A stretch of 64,000 nt of DNA from Alphaproteobacteria bacterium (GCA_016124335.1 WGNX01000009.1:101658-165657), one strand, 5' to 3'; counted from the stretch's first letter, positions 49,903-59,027 are shown. The notes: generated by a model not told the origin, from the sequence alone. Made by a program: numbers and translations.

Positions 49903-52052
49903 CGGTCATCTCCCCGGTCTTGCATCGCGCGCCAGATCGTCTCGGCGCGAAGCGGAAAATCCAGACACTCGACGCCAAACGGCACCAGCGCATCGAGCAC
50001 GGCATTTGCGATCGCAGCCGGCACGCCGATCGTACCTGCTTCGCCCACGCCCTTTGCGCCAAGGCTGTTCGCGGCGGACGGCGTCGGACACGAGAGGAGC
50101 GTGACCGGCGGAATGTCGCTCGCGCGCGGCACGGCATAGTCCATCAGCGAGCCGGTCAGAAGCTGGCCTTGCGCATCGTAGACGATGCGCTCCATCAGCG
50201 CCTCGCCCAATCCCTGTGCAAGCCCGCCGCGCAGCTGGCCGTCAACGAGCATGGGATTGACGACGACGCCCGCATCGTCAACCCACACGATACGCTCGAT
50301 CGCCGGCACGCCGGTGTCGCGATCGATTTCGACGCTGGCGATGCAGGCCCCGCTCGCCCAGGCTTCTTCGGGGGCCATATAGCGGACCGCGGTCTTGCAA
50401 GCAGGTGCCGCAGCCCAACCGCGGGCCAACGTGCTGCCGGCGATCTCGACAAGGCGCCGGGCCGCTTCGTAGACCGCGCTGCCGCCGATCGCCGTCGAAC
50501 GGCTCGCAAGCGCACCGATGCCGGCAGGTGTGGCGGCCGTATCGCCGTGCACGACGGTCACTGCTTCGGGCGCAACGCCAAGTACGTCGGCTGCAATCTG
50601 CGCGAAGGCGGTCTCGCGACCCTGCCCTTGCGCAGTCGCGCCGGTTGCAAGCGTGAATCGCCCCGCACCGTCATGTGCAAGCGTGGCGCTTTCCGAACCT
50701 TGTCCGCACGGCTCGACATAGAGCGCAATGCCAATGCCGCACACGGCCCCTTCGGCGCGCCGCCGAAGGGCGTGCGCGCGCAGGCGCGGATAGTCGGCCG
50801 TGCGCTGCACCATTTCGAGCAGTTCGGCGAAATCCGAGCGATCGAGGCGGCCGCCCGCGGGAAGATGCTGCGGCAGGTCTGCGGGCGCGTGGGTGTTGGC
50901 GCGGCGAAGCACGATGGGATCGGTGCCAAGCGTGCGTGCGGCCCGTTCGACGAGCCGTTCCATCAGCATCGCCGCTTCCGGCCGTCCGGCGCCGCGATAG
51001 ATGCCCAAGGGTGCACGCATCGACCGGTGGCCGCGCGCACGAAGATGCACGGCATCGATCTTGTAGGGGCCCGGAAGGATGCGCATGGCATTGCGCGCCG
51101 GCACGACCGCCGAATAGGTCAGCCAGTGGCCAAGCTCGGCATCCACTTCGGCGCGAAGAGCGAGAAACCGCCCGTCGGCGGCAAGCGCAAGTTCGCCCGA
51201 CAGTTTTTGCGCGCGCCCGTGCGCGGCAGCCAGAAACTCCTCCGAACGCGTCGCGGTCCATCCGACCGGCCTGTCCAGCCGCATCGCCGCAAGCGCCACG
51301 CCCGCTTCTTCAGGATAGAGCGAAGCCTTGCCGCCGAAAGCACCACCCACATCCGGTGCGACGACGCGGATCGCGGCCTCGTCGAGCCCCAGGATCGCGG
51401 CAATGTCGCTGCGCGCGCGATGCGGCGTCTGGGTCGAAAGCCAGAGCGACAGCGCGCTTTCCCCGGCATGCCAATGTGCGATCGCCGCGCGCGGCTCCAG
51501 CGCCATCGGTGCCACACGCGGATATTCGAGTTCGACCCGCACGACATGCGCGGCCTGCGCGAAAGCGGCATCGACATCGCCGTGCTGCCATTCCTGCGCA
51601 AACGACGGTACGGGCGCGCTTTCCTGAAACGGCTCGCAGTCGACGATGACCGCTTCGGCGGCATCCTGCGCCTGCGCGAGCGTATCGGCGACGACGAGCG
51701 CGATCGGCTGGCCGACCGCCTCGACCCGGTCGCGCGCAAGAATGGGCCAATTCGCGTCAGCGAGCCCGTCAACCAGCGCATTGACGGCAGCCTTGCCGAG
51801 ACCGGCTGTGTCCGCACCCGTCAGGACGAGGCGTACGCCCGGCAGCGAACCTCCCGCGCGCGCATCGACCCGGACGAGCCGCGCCGGCGCCATCACGGCG
51901 CGCACGAAGACCAGATGCAGGCAATCGCGCGGACGGAGATCGGAAACGAAGCGGCCTTTCCCGCGCAACAGCCGGTCGTCCTCGACGCGCGGCAGGCTGG
52001 CGCCCAGCGGCCCCGGCGGCACGTCTTCTTCGCGCGGCGGGCGAAACAGCAT
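49899..52052 (-). CDS. Xanthine dehydrogenase-family molybdopterin-binding subunit (CoxL-like)
   Basis: RVEDDRLLRG, DVGGAFGGK, IYRGAGRPEA, GQGRET, GQLRGGLAQG, AKGVGEAG. Confidence 0.92.
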   Translation of the reverse strand: MLFRPPREEDVPPGPLGASLPRVEDDRLLRGKGRFVSDLRPRDCLHLVFVRAVMAPARLVRVDARAGGSLPGVRLVLTGADTAGLGKAAVNALVDGLADANWPILARDRVEAVGQPIALVVADTLAQAQDAAEAVIVDCEPFQESAPVPSFAQEWQHGDVDAAFAQAAHVVRVELEYPRVAPMALEPRAAIAHWHAGESALSLWLSTQTPHRARSDIAAILGLDEAAIRVVAPDVGGAFGGKASLYPEEAGVALAAMRLDRPVGWTATRSEEFLAAAHGRAQKLSGELALAADGRFLALRAEVDAELGHWLTYSAVVPARNAMRILPGPYKIDAVHLRARGHRSMRAPLGIYRGAGRPEAAMLMERLVERAARTLGTDPIVLRRANTHAPADLPQHLPAGGRLDRSDFAELLEMVQRTADYPRLRAHALRRRAEGAVCGIGIALYVEPCGQGSESATLAHDGAGRFTLATGATAQGQGRETAFAQIAADVLGVAPEAVTVVHGDTAATPAGIGALASRSTAIGGSAVYEAARRLVEIAGSTLARGWAAAPACKTAVRYMAPEEAWASGACIASVEIDRDTGVPAIERIVWVDDAGVVVNPMLVDGQLRGGLAQGLGEALMERIVYDAQGQLLTGSLMDYAVPRASDIPPVTLLSCPTPSAANSLGAKGVGEAGTIGVPAAIANAVLDALVPFGVECLDFPLRAETIWRAMQDRGDDR

Positions 52053-52139
52053 CGGCGGGACGCGCTCCTGTCGCAGGTGACCGGCAGAAGTTTCGGGCCG
52101 TCGCGTTTGAGAAACTAGACGGAATTTTCAAATTGATTG

Positions 52140-52154
52140 ATAGTTTCCAGTTAT
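52140..52154. promoter_or_regulatory. LysR-type T-N11-A box
   Basis: ATAG-N7-TTAT overlapping the LysR start in an AT-rich divergent spacer. Confidence 0.5.
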
Positions 52155-53055
52155 GAATGTCGACATCCGCCACCTGCGCGCCTTCCTTGCCGTCGCCGAA
52201 ACGGGCGCGTTCCGGCGCGCGGCCGAGCGCCTGCGGATGAGCCAACCCGCACTCTCCGCACAGATCCGCGATCTCGAACGCGCGGTCGGCGTCGTGCTGT
52301 TCGACCGGACGACCCGCCGCGTCGAAATGACCGCCGCAGGCCGCGAGTTCCTGCCGCAGGCGGCCAAGCTGCTCGGCGATCTTGAATCGGCGCTGCGCGG
52401 GCTCACCGATCTTGCCCAGCACCGGCGCGGCCATGTCGCGGTCGCCTGCGCCCCGCTGCTGGCAAGCGTCATGCTACCCCGGCTGATGGCAATGTTCATC
52501 GCCGCACATCCGGGCATCCGCATATCGCTCATCGATGCGCGCACCGACCAGATCGTCGACAAGGTGCGCTCGGGCGAGGCCGATCTGGGCATCGGCACGT
52601 TCGCGGATGCCGAGCCAGATATCGCACGCACGCGGCTCTTCCGCGATTCGCTCTTCGTGTTCGCGCCCATCCGGCCGAATGCACCGCGCCGTCCGGCGAC
52701 GTGGGCCGAGATCGCCGACGAACCGCTGATCGCGCTCACGCGCGAAAGCGGGCTTCGGGCACTCGTCGAAATGGGGTTCGGAACGCTCGGCCGGCCGGCG
52801 CGCCCGGCCTACGAGGTCGCACAGGTGACGACGGCCGTTTCGCTCGTCGAGGCGGGCCTTGGCATCGCCGTGCTGCCTGCCGTTGCCAAGGCGATCGCGC
52901 GCGACCGGCGCGTGACGTTGCGCGCGCTCGCCCAGCCGCGCGTCACGCGCGAGGTCAGCCTCATCGTGGCGAGCGCGCGCACGCCGACGCCGGCCGCACA
53001 GGCCTTTGCGGCGCTCGCGCGCGAAACGGCGGCCGCCTTCGGCGAGCGGGCCTGA
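52153..53055 (+). CDS. LysR-family transcriptional regulator
   Basis: LRAFLAVAETGAFRRAAERLRMSQPALSAQIRDLE, LVEAGLGIAVLP. Confidence 0.95.
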   Translation: MNVDIRHLRAFLAVAETGAFRRAAERLRMSQPALSAQIRDLERAVGVVLFDRTTRRVEMTAAGREFLPQAAKLLGDLESALRGLTDLAQHRRGHVAVACAPLLASVMLPRLMAMFIAAHPGIRISLIDARTDQIVDKVRSGEADLGIGTFADAEPDIARTRLFRDSLFVFAPIRPNAPRRPATWAEIADEPLIALTRESGLRALVEMGFGTLGRPARPAYEVAQVTTAVSLVEAGLGIAVLPAVAKAIARDRRVTLRALAQPRVTREVSLIVASARTPTPAAQAFAALARETAAAFGERA

Positions 53056-53058
53056 CGT

Positions 53059-53799
53059 TCAGTAGGTCGCGCGCCCGCCGGTAAGGTCGAACGCGAAGCC
53101 GGTGGTGAAACTGCATTCCGGCCCGGCGATCCACGCGACCATCGAGGCGATCTCGTCGGCAAGAAGGAATCTGCCCATCGGGATCTTCGCCTTCATGTTC
53201 GCGATGTGCGTATCGGTCATCTGTTTGAGGAGGTCCGTTTCGACCATCGAGGGCGCCACGCAGTTTACCGTGATGCCGTCCAATGCCAGTTCCTTGGCGA
53301 CCGATTTCGTGAAGGCGATGACGCCACCCTTCGCCGCCGAGTAGGCCGCGATGTTCGGCACGCCTTCCTTGCCGGCGATCGAGGCGACATTGACGATACG
53401 GCCGGCCTTGCGCGCGCGCATGTGCGCGATCGCCGCGCGCGTGCAGTAGAAAACGCCGTCGAGATCGATGGCCATCACGCGCCGCCACATGTCGACCGGA
53501 TAGTCCCAGACCGGCATCACGGGTCCGTTGATGCCGGCATTGTTCACGAGAATGTCCACCCGGCCGAAACGCTCGAGCGTCTGCGTGAACGCGGCATCGA
53601 CATCGGCAACGGAAGAGACGTCGACCTTCCGCACCAGTTCGGGCGAGAAGCCGTCACGTGCGGCACCGGCGCCGTCGATGTCGTAGTCCCAGACCGCGAC
53701 GGCGGCCCCGCGCGCCTGGAGCTTCAGCGCGATCGACTTGCCGATGCCGCGGATGCCGCCGGTCACGATCGCGACCTTGCCTTCAAGATAGCGTTCCAT
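53059..53799 (-). CDS. Short-chain dehydrogenase/reductase
   Basis: TGGIRGIG, NNAGI, YSAAK. Confidence 0.93.
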   Translation of the reverse strand: MERYLEGKVAIVTGGIRGIGKSIALKLQARGAAVAVWDYDIDGAGAARDGFSPELVRKVDVSSVADVDAAFTQTLERFGRVDILVNNAGINGPVMPVWDYPVDMWRRVMAIDLDGVFYCTRAAIAHMRARKAGRIVNVASIAGKEGVPNIAAYSAAKGGVIAFTKSVAKELALDGITVNCVAPSMVETDLLKQMTDTHIANMKAKIPMGRFLLADEIASMVAWIAGPECSFTTGFAFDLTGGRATY

Positions 53800-53904
53800 T
53801 GCGATTTCCCCCGTGGCTCTGGCGTCGACGCACGCGCGCGCCGACACGAGCCCATCACGCGCCCGCCGCCATTCCGAGATGTCGAATGATTCCAGAGGAC
53901 CGGA

Positions 53905-53979
53905 TGGTGGGCGCTGCAGGGATTGAACCTGCGACCCCTACCATGTCAAGGTAGTGCTCTCCCGCTGAGCTAAGCGCCC
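53905..53979 (-). tRNA. tRNA-Val (GAC)
   Basis: Minus strand GGGCGCTTAGCTCAGCGGGAGAGCACTACCTTGACATGGTAGGGGTCGCAGGTTCAATCCCTGCAGCGCCCACCA; cloverleaf, anticodon GAC, encoded CCA. Confidence 0.98.
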
Positions 53980-54064
53980 ATCCGGTCCGGGAAGGCGCGG
54001 AATATACCGATCCATCCCCGTTTGGCAAGCCCGCCTCGCAGAAATTTTCCCCTATGATTTCAAT

Positions 54065-54958
54065 ATGACCGCCTCGCTTGCCGTTCGCCCCGATCCAACG
54101 CCGCCCTACCGTATCCTCGAGCCCAGCGCCCGGCGCGTGCCGCTGATCTTTTCCTCGCCCCACTCGGGCAGCGACTACCCGGCTGCATTCGTTGCCGGCG
54201 CCCGCCTCGACCCGGTTACGCTGCGCCGCTCCGAGGACGCGTTCGTCGACGAATTGTTCGATTGCGCCCCCGAACATGGGGCTCCGCTCCTGAAGGCGCT
54301 GTTCCCGCGCGCCTATGTCGACGTCAACCGCGAGGCATGGGAACTCGACCCAGCGATGTTCGACGGGCCGCTGCCGGCCTTCGTGAACGCCGCTTCGCCG
54401 CGCGTCGGCGCCGGCCTTGGCACGGTTGCCCGCATCGTCGCGAACGGGGCCGAGATCTACCGCGGGAAGCTTTCTTTCGACGATGCGCGCACGCGCATCG
54501 AGGCGCTTTACATGCCCTATCATGCCGCGCTCGAACGGCTCGTCGCCGACGAGGTCGCGCGCCATGGCCGCTGCCTGCTGGTCGATTGTCATTCGATGCC
54601 GTCCGTCGGAGGCCCGGCCGACCGCGATCCGGGCCGCGCCCGGCTCGACTTCGTGCTCGGCGACTGCTTTGGCGCCGCCTGCGCGCCGATCGTGGCGGAG
54701 ACCGCCGAGGCAAGCCTCAAGCGCATGGGCTATGCGGTGGGCCGCAACGACCCGTACGCCGGCGGCTACATCACCCGCCATTACGGCCAGCCCGCGCGCG
54801 GCCGCCATGCCCTCCAGATCGAGATCAACCGGCAGCTCTACATGGACGAACTCGCCATTTCCCGCAGCGCCGGCTTCCAGCCGCTGCGCACCGCCATCGC
54901 ACGCCTTGTCGCCGACCTCGCGCGCCTCGCGCCCTCGCTGCCGGAAGGCAAGCCATGA
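54065..54958 (+). CDS. hutG: N-formylglutamate amidohydrolase
   Basis: SSPHSG, RSEDAFVDEL, PRAYVDVNR, DCHSMPS, PYAGG, QIEINR. Confidence 0.92.
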   Translation: MTASLAVRPDPTPPYRILEPSARRVPLIFSSPHSGSDYPAAFVAGARLDPVTLRRSEDAFVDELFDCAPEHGAPLLKALFPRAYVDVNREAWELDPAMFDGPLPAFVNAASPRVGAGLGTVARIVANGAEIYRGKLSFDDARTRIEALYMPYHAALERLVADEVARHGRCLLVDCHSMPSVGGPADRDPGRARLDFVLGDCFGAACAPIVAETAEASLKRMGYAVGRNDPYAGGYITRHYGQPARGRHALQIEINRQLYMDELAISRSAGFQPLRTAIARLVADLARLAPSLPEGKP

Positions 54959-55509
54959 TCGCGAGCGCGGCAAGCGCGCGGCCCGTACCGCGCGACGGCA
55001 CCGAAGCCGACGTCCCGGCGATCCAGGCGATCTATGCGCACCACGTGCGCCACGGGCTGGCGAGTTTCGAGGAAATCGAACCCTCGGCGGACGAGCTTGC
55101 CCAGCGGCGGCGCGCGATCGTCGAAAAGGGCCTTCCCTATCTCGCCATCGACGTGGACGGAAAACTCGCCGGATACGCCTATGCCGGGCCGTTCCGTCCG
55201 CGTTCGGCGTATCGCTTCTCGGTCGAGGATTCGATCTATGTGGCGCCGGGGCTCGACGGCCGGGGGCTTGGCCGGCAGTTGCTTGCAAGCCTGATCGAAC
55301 GCTCGACCGCTTGGGGGGCCCGCCAGATGGTGGCCGTGATCGGCGACAGCGCCAACGCCGCATCGATCGGGTTGCATGCGCGCCTCGGCTTCCGCATGGT
55401 GGGGTCGTTCCGGTCGATCGGCTTCAAGCTCGGTCGCTGGGTCGACAGCGTGATGATGCAGCGCGAACTGGGCGATGGCGACACGAGCCGTCCGCCGGAG
55501 GGACGATGA
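54955..55509 (+). CDS. GNAT N-acetyltransferase (phosphinothricin/MnaT-like)
   Basis: IYAHHV..ASFE, RSAYRFSVEDSIYV, GRGLG, NAASIGLH, GFKLGRWVD. Confidence 0.92.
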   Translation: MIASAASARPVPRDGTEADVPAIQAIYAHHVRHGLASFEEIEPSADELAQRRRAIVEKGLPYLAIDVDGKLAGYAYAGPFRPRSAYRFSVEDSIYVAPGLDGRGLGRQLLASLIERSTAWGARQMVAVIGDSANAASIGLHARLGFRMVGSFRSIGFKLGRWVDSVMMQRELGDGDTSRPPEGR

Positions 55510-56171
55510 GCGAAAACGAAAAGCGTCTGGTCGAGGCCCTGGAACTCCACCGGGCCGGCAAGATCGCTGCCGCCGAGACGGTCTACGCCGCGATCCTGGC
55601 CGACGACCCGGACCAGCCCGACGCGCTCAATCTCGGCGGTCTCGCGCTCCACGCGCTCGGCCGGCGGGCGGAAGCGGCCGAGCGTCTCGAACGCGCGGTG
55701 ACGCGCTATCCTGAATTCGGCGACGCGCATGCCAATCTTGGCGCCGTCCGCCGGACCGAGAACCGCCTGGAAGAGGCGGCCGCCCACTTCGAGAAGGCGA
55801 TCGCGCTCGACCCCGCGAACGGCTTTGCCGCGAACAATCTCGGGCTTGTACGGCTTGCCCAGGGTACCCCGCTTGCCGCGATCGGCCATTTCGCGCATGC
55901 GCGCGCCCTGATGCCCGCGCAGCCCGAAGTCGTCATCAACATGTCGATCGCGTACATGTCGATGGGCGATTTCGTGACGGCCCTGTCCGATCTCGAGTTG
56001 CTGGCCGAAGCCGCACCCAAGGACAAACGCGGACATTTCGGCCGCGGCGCCGCACTGCTTGGCCTTGGCCGGAAGAAGGAGGCGATCGCGGCGCTCGAAC
56101 GCGCGCTTGAACTCGATCCGGGCTACGCCGACGCACGTGCAAAGCTCGAGGAAGCCAAACAGGCCGACTAA
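55506..56171 (+). CDS. Tetratricopeptide repeat protein
   Basis: Repeated AHANLG/AANNLG..AIALDP/ALELDP TPR patterns. Confidence 0.88.
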   Translation: MSENEKRLVEALELHRAGKIAAAETVYAAILADDPDQPDALNLGGLALHALGRRAEAAERLERAVTRYPEFGDAHANLGAVRRTENRLEEAAAHFEKAIALDPANGFAANNLGLVRLAQGTPLAAIGHFAHARALMPAQPEVVINMSIAYMSMGDFVTALSDLELLAEAAPKDKRGHFGRGAALLGLGRKKEAIAALERALELDPGYADARAKLEEAKQAD

Positions 56172-56683
56172 TCGACTTCGCTGCCGTCGATCCGGAAAAT
56201 CACCGTGTAGACCATGATGATGTCGACAGTCGTTCCGTCGGCGGCCAGTGGCAGCAGGATGTTTTCGATCGCGCGATGGTCGCGATTGCGCCACAGCAAT
56301 GCCGTCCCCTTGCGCCGGCTCGGCACGCCGGTTTTCGCCACGCGCTCATAGCGCGCGTAAAAGCCGGGCACGGACAGCGAATGGGGATGCGCCTCATCGA
56401 GCCACCGTCCGGTCGGATCGAAACCCAGCGCCTCGACGATCCGAGTGCCGACAAGTCGGTAGCGGAAGCGTAACGGATCGCGCGTGACTTCGATGAGCCA
56501 TAGCCCGCGCAGCAGGTCGGGAATGTCGACAGGGTCGATATGCTGGCGGCCGGGCAGTCGGCCCGGCGGCCGCCGACTCAACCAATATCTGTAGATCTTG
56601 CGTACGCCCGCACTCCACGGCTCGCCAGGCGCGACGTCCTCCAATTGATTGTCTGCGCTGACCTCAGGTGCGGTCTCGGGCAA
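56168..56683 (-). CDS. PAS domain protein (PAS_5 type)
   Basis: YWLSRR..LPGRQHIDPVDIP, FRYRLVGT, ENILLPL. TTG at 56683 follows SD AGGGAGG; GTG at 56707 is the alternative. Confidence 0.85.
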   Translation of the reverse strand: MPETAPEVSADNQLEDVAPGEPWSAGVRKIYRYWLSRRPPGRLPGRQHIDPVDIPDLLRGLWLIEVTRDPLRFRYRLVGTRIVEALGFDPTGRWLDEAHPHSLSVPGFYARYERVAKTGVPSRRKGTALLWRNRDHRAIENILLPLAADGTTVDIIMVYTVIFRIDGSEVD

Positions 56684-56742
56684 CTCGGCATTCCCTCCCT
56701 TATGCACAAGAAATATCCTGCTTCAGAAGGCGAGGCTGGCGC

Positions 56743-56775
56743 AAAAAGAAAGGGCCGCGCCCGAAGGCACGGCCC
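56743..56775 (-). terminator. Rho-independent terminator of the sRNA
   Basis: 10-bp GC stem, UUCG loop, U tract. Confidence 0.85.
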
Positions 56776-56845
56776 AAGTTTAGGGAGGAAACGCCCACGA
56801 AACGGCACAAAGGCCATTTCGAGATGCGACAAGTGAATGTCGCAG
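56743..56845 (-). ncRNA. suhB/MmgR (alpha-r8)-family small RNA
   Basis: Minus strand core TTTCCTCCCTAAACTT followed by terminator GGGCCGTGCC-TTCG-GGCGCGGCCC-TTTCTTTTT; near hutG; 5' end estimated from the promoter. Confidence 0.8.
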
Positions 56846-56879
56846 TGCACAAATTAGATGTTGCGGCGCAAAAATCAAG
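56846..56879 (-). promoter_or_regulatory. Putative sigma70 promoter of the sRNA with TTGTGCA heptamer
   Basis: Minus strand CTTGAT-N16-CTAATT, overlapping TTGTGCA; TGCGCCGCA in the spacer. Confidence 0.55.
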
Positions 56880-57084
56880 AGGGTTTCTCTCCCATTTGGA
56901 GGGATTGACCGGGACCGTGGAATTTTCTCCCGCTAACACATTGATTTGAATGATGGATATTTTTGCAACAGTCGCTGTGTAATTTTCGCGGTGCAGCATA
57001 CAAAAATACAGCCGTAGCAAATGGAGCGACCGCTTGCCCCGGTGCGGCCGGCACTCCAACAATGCGCGGCGAAAGCGAGGGGTG

Positions 57085-58239
57085 ATGGACGGCGAGGGCT
57101 CGGAACGGGCGGAGGCAGGGTGGGCACGCGGGCGCTTTGACGGCACCGCGCTCGTGGTGACGCTCGGCGGCCGCTGGACCCTTGCCAACGCGCGCAGCCT
57201 CGAGGCGACCCTTGCGCGGCTGGAAACCGGCGGCAGCAAGGCGATGACCCTCGACATGACCAAGGTCGCCGCCATCGACAGCGCAGGCGCGTGGCTGCTC
57301 CATCGACAGATCCTGCGCTGGCAGGAAGCGGGCAGCGAAATCAGCCTTGCCAACGCTTCGCACGCGCAGACCGCACTGCTGGCGCGCATGGCCATCGAAG
57401 GCAGCGAGCGGCGCCCGCTCGCCCGGCCTGCGCTGGGCGCACTGCGCGAACTTGCCATCCGCACCGGCGAAGCGACGGTCGATTTCGCCGCCGAAGCCCA
57501 CGCGCTGGTATCGTTCGTCGGCGCAGTCGCGACGACCTGGGTGCGCGCGCTGCGCCGGCCCGGCCGCGTACGGCTGGTCAGCACCGTCCATCATATCGAG
57601 AGCATCGGCATCGACGCGCTGCCGATCATGGGGCTCCTTGCATTTCTCATCGGCGTGGTGCTGGCCTTCCAGGGAGCCGACCAGCTGCGCCAGTACGGTG
57701 CGGAAGTCTTCACTATCAACCTGCTGGGCGTTTCGGTGCTGCGCGAGATCGGCGTGCTGATCACCGCGATCATGGTGGCCGGGCGCACGGGCAGCGCGTT
57801 CGCCGCCGAAATCGGCACGATGAAAGTGAACCAGGAAGTCGATGCGATGCGCACGCTCGGTCTCGACCCGATGGAAACGCTCGTGCTGCCCCGGCTGATC
57901 GCGCTCGCCATCGCGCTGCCGATGCTCGTCTTCTATGCCGATGCGATGGCGCTGGCCGGCGGTGCGGTGATGGTGATCGTCGGGCTCGACCTTTCGCTCG
58001 CGCAGTTCTTCGAGCAGCTTGCGGGCGCGGTCACGCTGCCGACCTTCGCCATCGGCCTCATCAAGGCGCCGGTCTTCGCCGTCCTCATCGGCATGGTCGC
58101 CTGCTACGAGGGGCTGAAGGTCGCAGGCTCGGCCGAAAGCGTGGGCATCCACACCACGCGCTCGGTCGTGAAGTCGATCTTCCTTGTCATCGTTTTCGAT
58201 GCCGGATTTTCGATCCTCTTCTCGAGGCTCGGCATATGA
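57085..58239 (+). CDS. mlaE: MlaE-family ABC permease with N-terminal STAS-like domain
   Basis: IDSAGAWLL, LREIGVLITAIMVAGRTGSAFAAEIGTMK, AESVG..TTRSVV. Confidence 0.93.
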   Translation: MDGEGSERAEAGWARGRFDGTALVVTLGGRWTLANARSLEATLARLETGGSKAMTLDMTKVAAIDSAGAWLLHRQILRWQEAGSEISLANASHAQTALLARMAIEGSERRPLARPALGALRELAIRTGEATVDFAAEAHALVSFVGAVATTWVRALRRPGRVRLVSTVHHIESIGIDALPIMGLLAFLIGVVLAFQGADQLRQYGAEVFTINLLGVSVLREIGVLITAIMVAGRTGSAFAAEIGTMKVNQEVDAMRTLGLDPMETLVLPRLIALAIALPMLVFYADAMALAGGAVMVIVGLDLSLAQFFEQLAGAVTLPTFAIGLIKAPVFAVLIGMVACYEGLKVAGSAESVGIHTTRSVVKSIFLVIVFDAGFSILFSRLGI

Positions 58240-59024
58240 CGGCACCGGTCATCCGCGTGCGCGGCCTCGTCACGCGCTTCGGCGGCCAGACGGTGCACGA
58301 CGGTCTCGATCTCGACGTCCGGCGCGGCGAGATTCTTGCCATCGTGGGCGGCTCGGGCTCGGGCAAGTCGGTTCTGCTGCGCACGATCCTCGGGCTCAAG
58401 CGGCCCGACGGCGGCATGATCGAGGTGCTGGGCAAGAACCTGTCCGATCTCGACGACGACGCGCGCCGACCCGTGCTGCGGCGCATGGGCGTGCTTTTCC
58501 AGGACGGCGCGCTGTTCAGCGCGCGCACGGTCGCGCAAAACATCCGCCTGCCGTTTACGGAACACACGGACCTCGACCACCGGCTCGTCACGCAGCTCAT
58601 CCGCGTGAAACTCGCAATGGTCGGCCTGCCGCAGGAAGCGGGTGCCAAGATACCGGCCGAGCTTTCCGGCGGCATGCGCAAGCGCGCAGGCCTTGCGCGC
58701 GCGATCGCTCTCGACCCGGACGTGCTGTTCCTCGACGAGCCGACGGCAGGGCTCGACCCGATCGGTGCGGCAAAATTCGACGAACTGATCCGCGATCTCC
58801 AGCGCTCGCTGTCGCTGAGCGTGGTGATGATCACCCACGACGTCGACACGCTTTGCGCGATCGCCGATCGCATCGCCGTCCTGCTCGACAAGAAGATGGT
58901 CGTCGGGACGCTGGACGAAATCCGCGCCTACCCCCATCCTTGGGTGCAGGAGTATTTCTCGGGCCCGCGCGGTCGTGCCGCGCAGGCGGGCCACGACATG
59001 CAGGCAGGCCGAAAGGACGACTGA
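58236..59024 (+). CDS. mlaF: MlaF-family ABC ATP-binding protein
   Basis: GGSGSGKS, FQDGALFS, LSGGMRKRAGLARA, DEPTAGLDP. Confidence 0.94.
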   Translation: MTAPVIRVRGLVTRFGGQTVHDGLDLDVRRGEILAIVGGSGSGKSVLLRTILGLKRPDGGMIEVLGKNLSDLDDDARRPVLRRMGVLFQDGALFSARTVAQNIRLPFTEHTDLDHRLVTQLIRVKLAMVGLPQEAGAKIPAELSGGMRKRAGLARAIALDPDVLFLDEPTAGLDPIGAAKFDELIRDLQRSLSLSVVMITHDVDTLCAIADRIAVLLDKKMVVGTLDEIRAYPHPWVQEYFSGPRGRAAQAGHDMQAGRKDD

Positions 59025-59027
59025 GCA

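Noticed and set aside
9000..53979. Genomic island integrated at tRNA-Val
   Set aside because: No integrase, no duplicated tRNA 3' end noticed, and no evident compositional shift.
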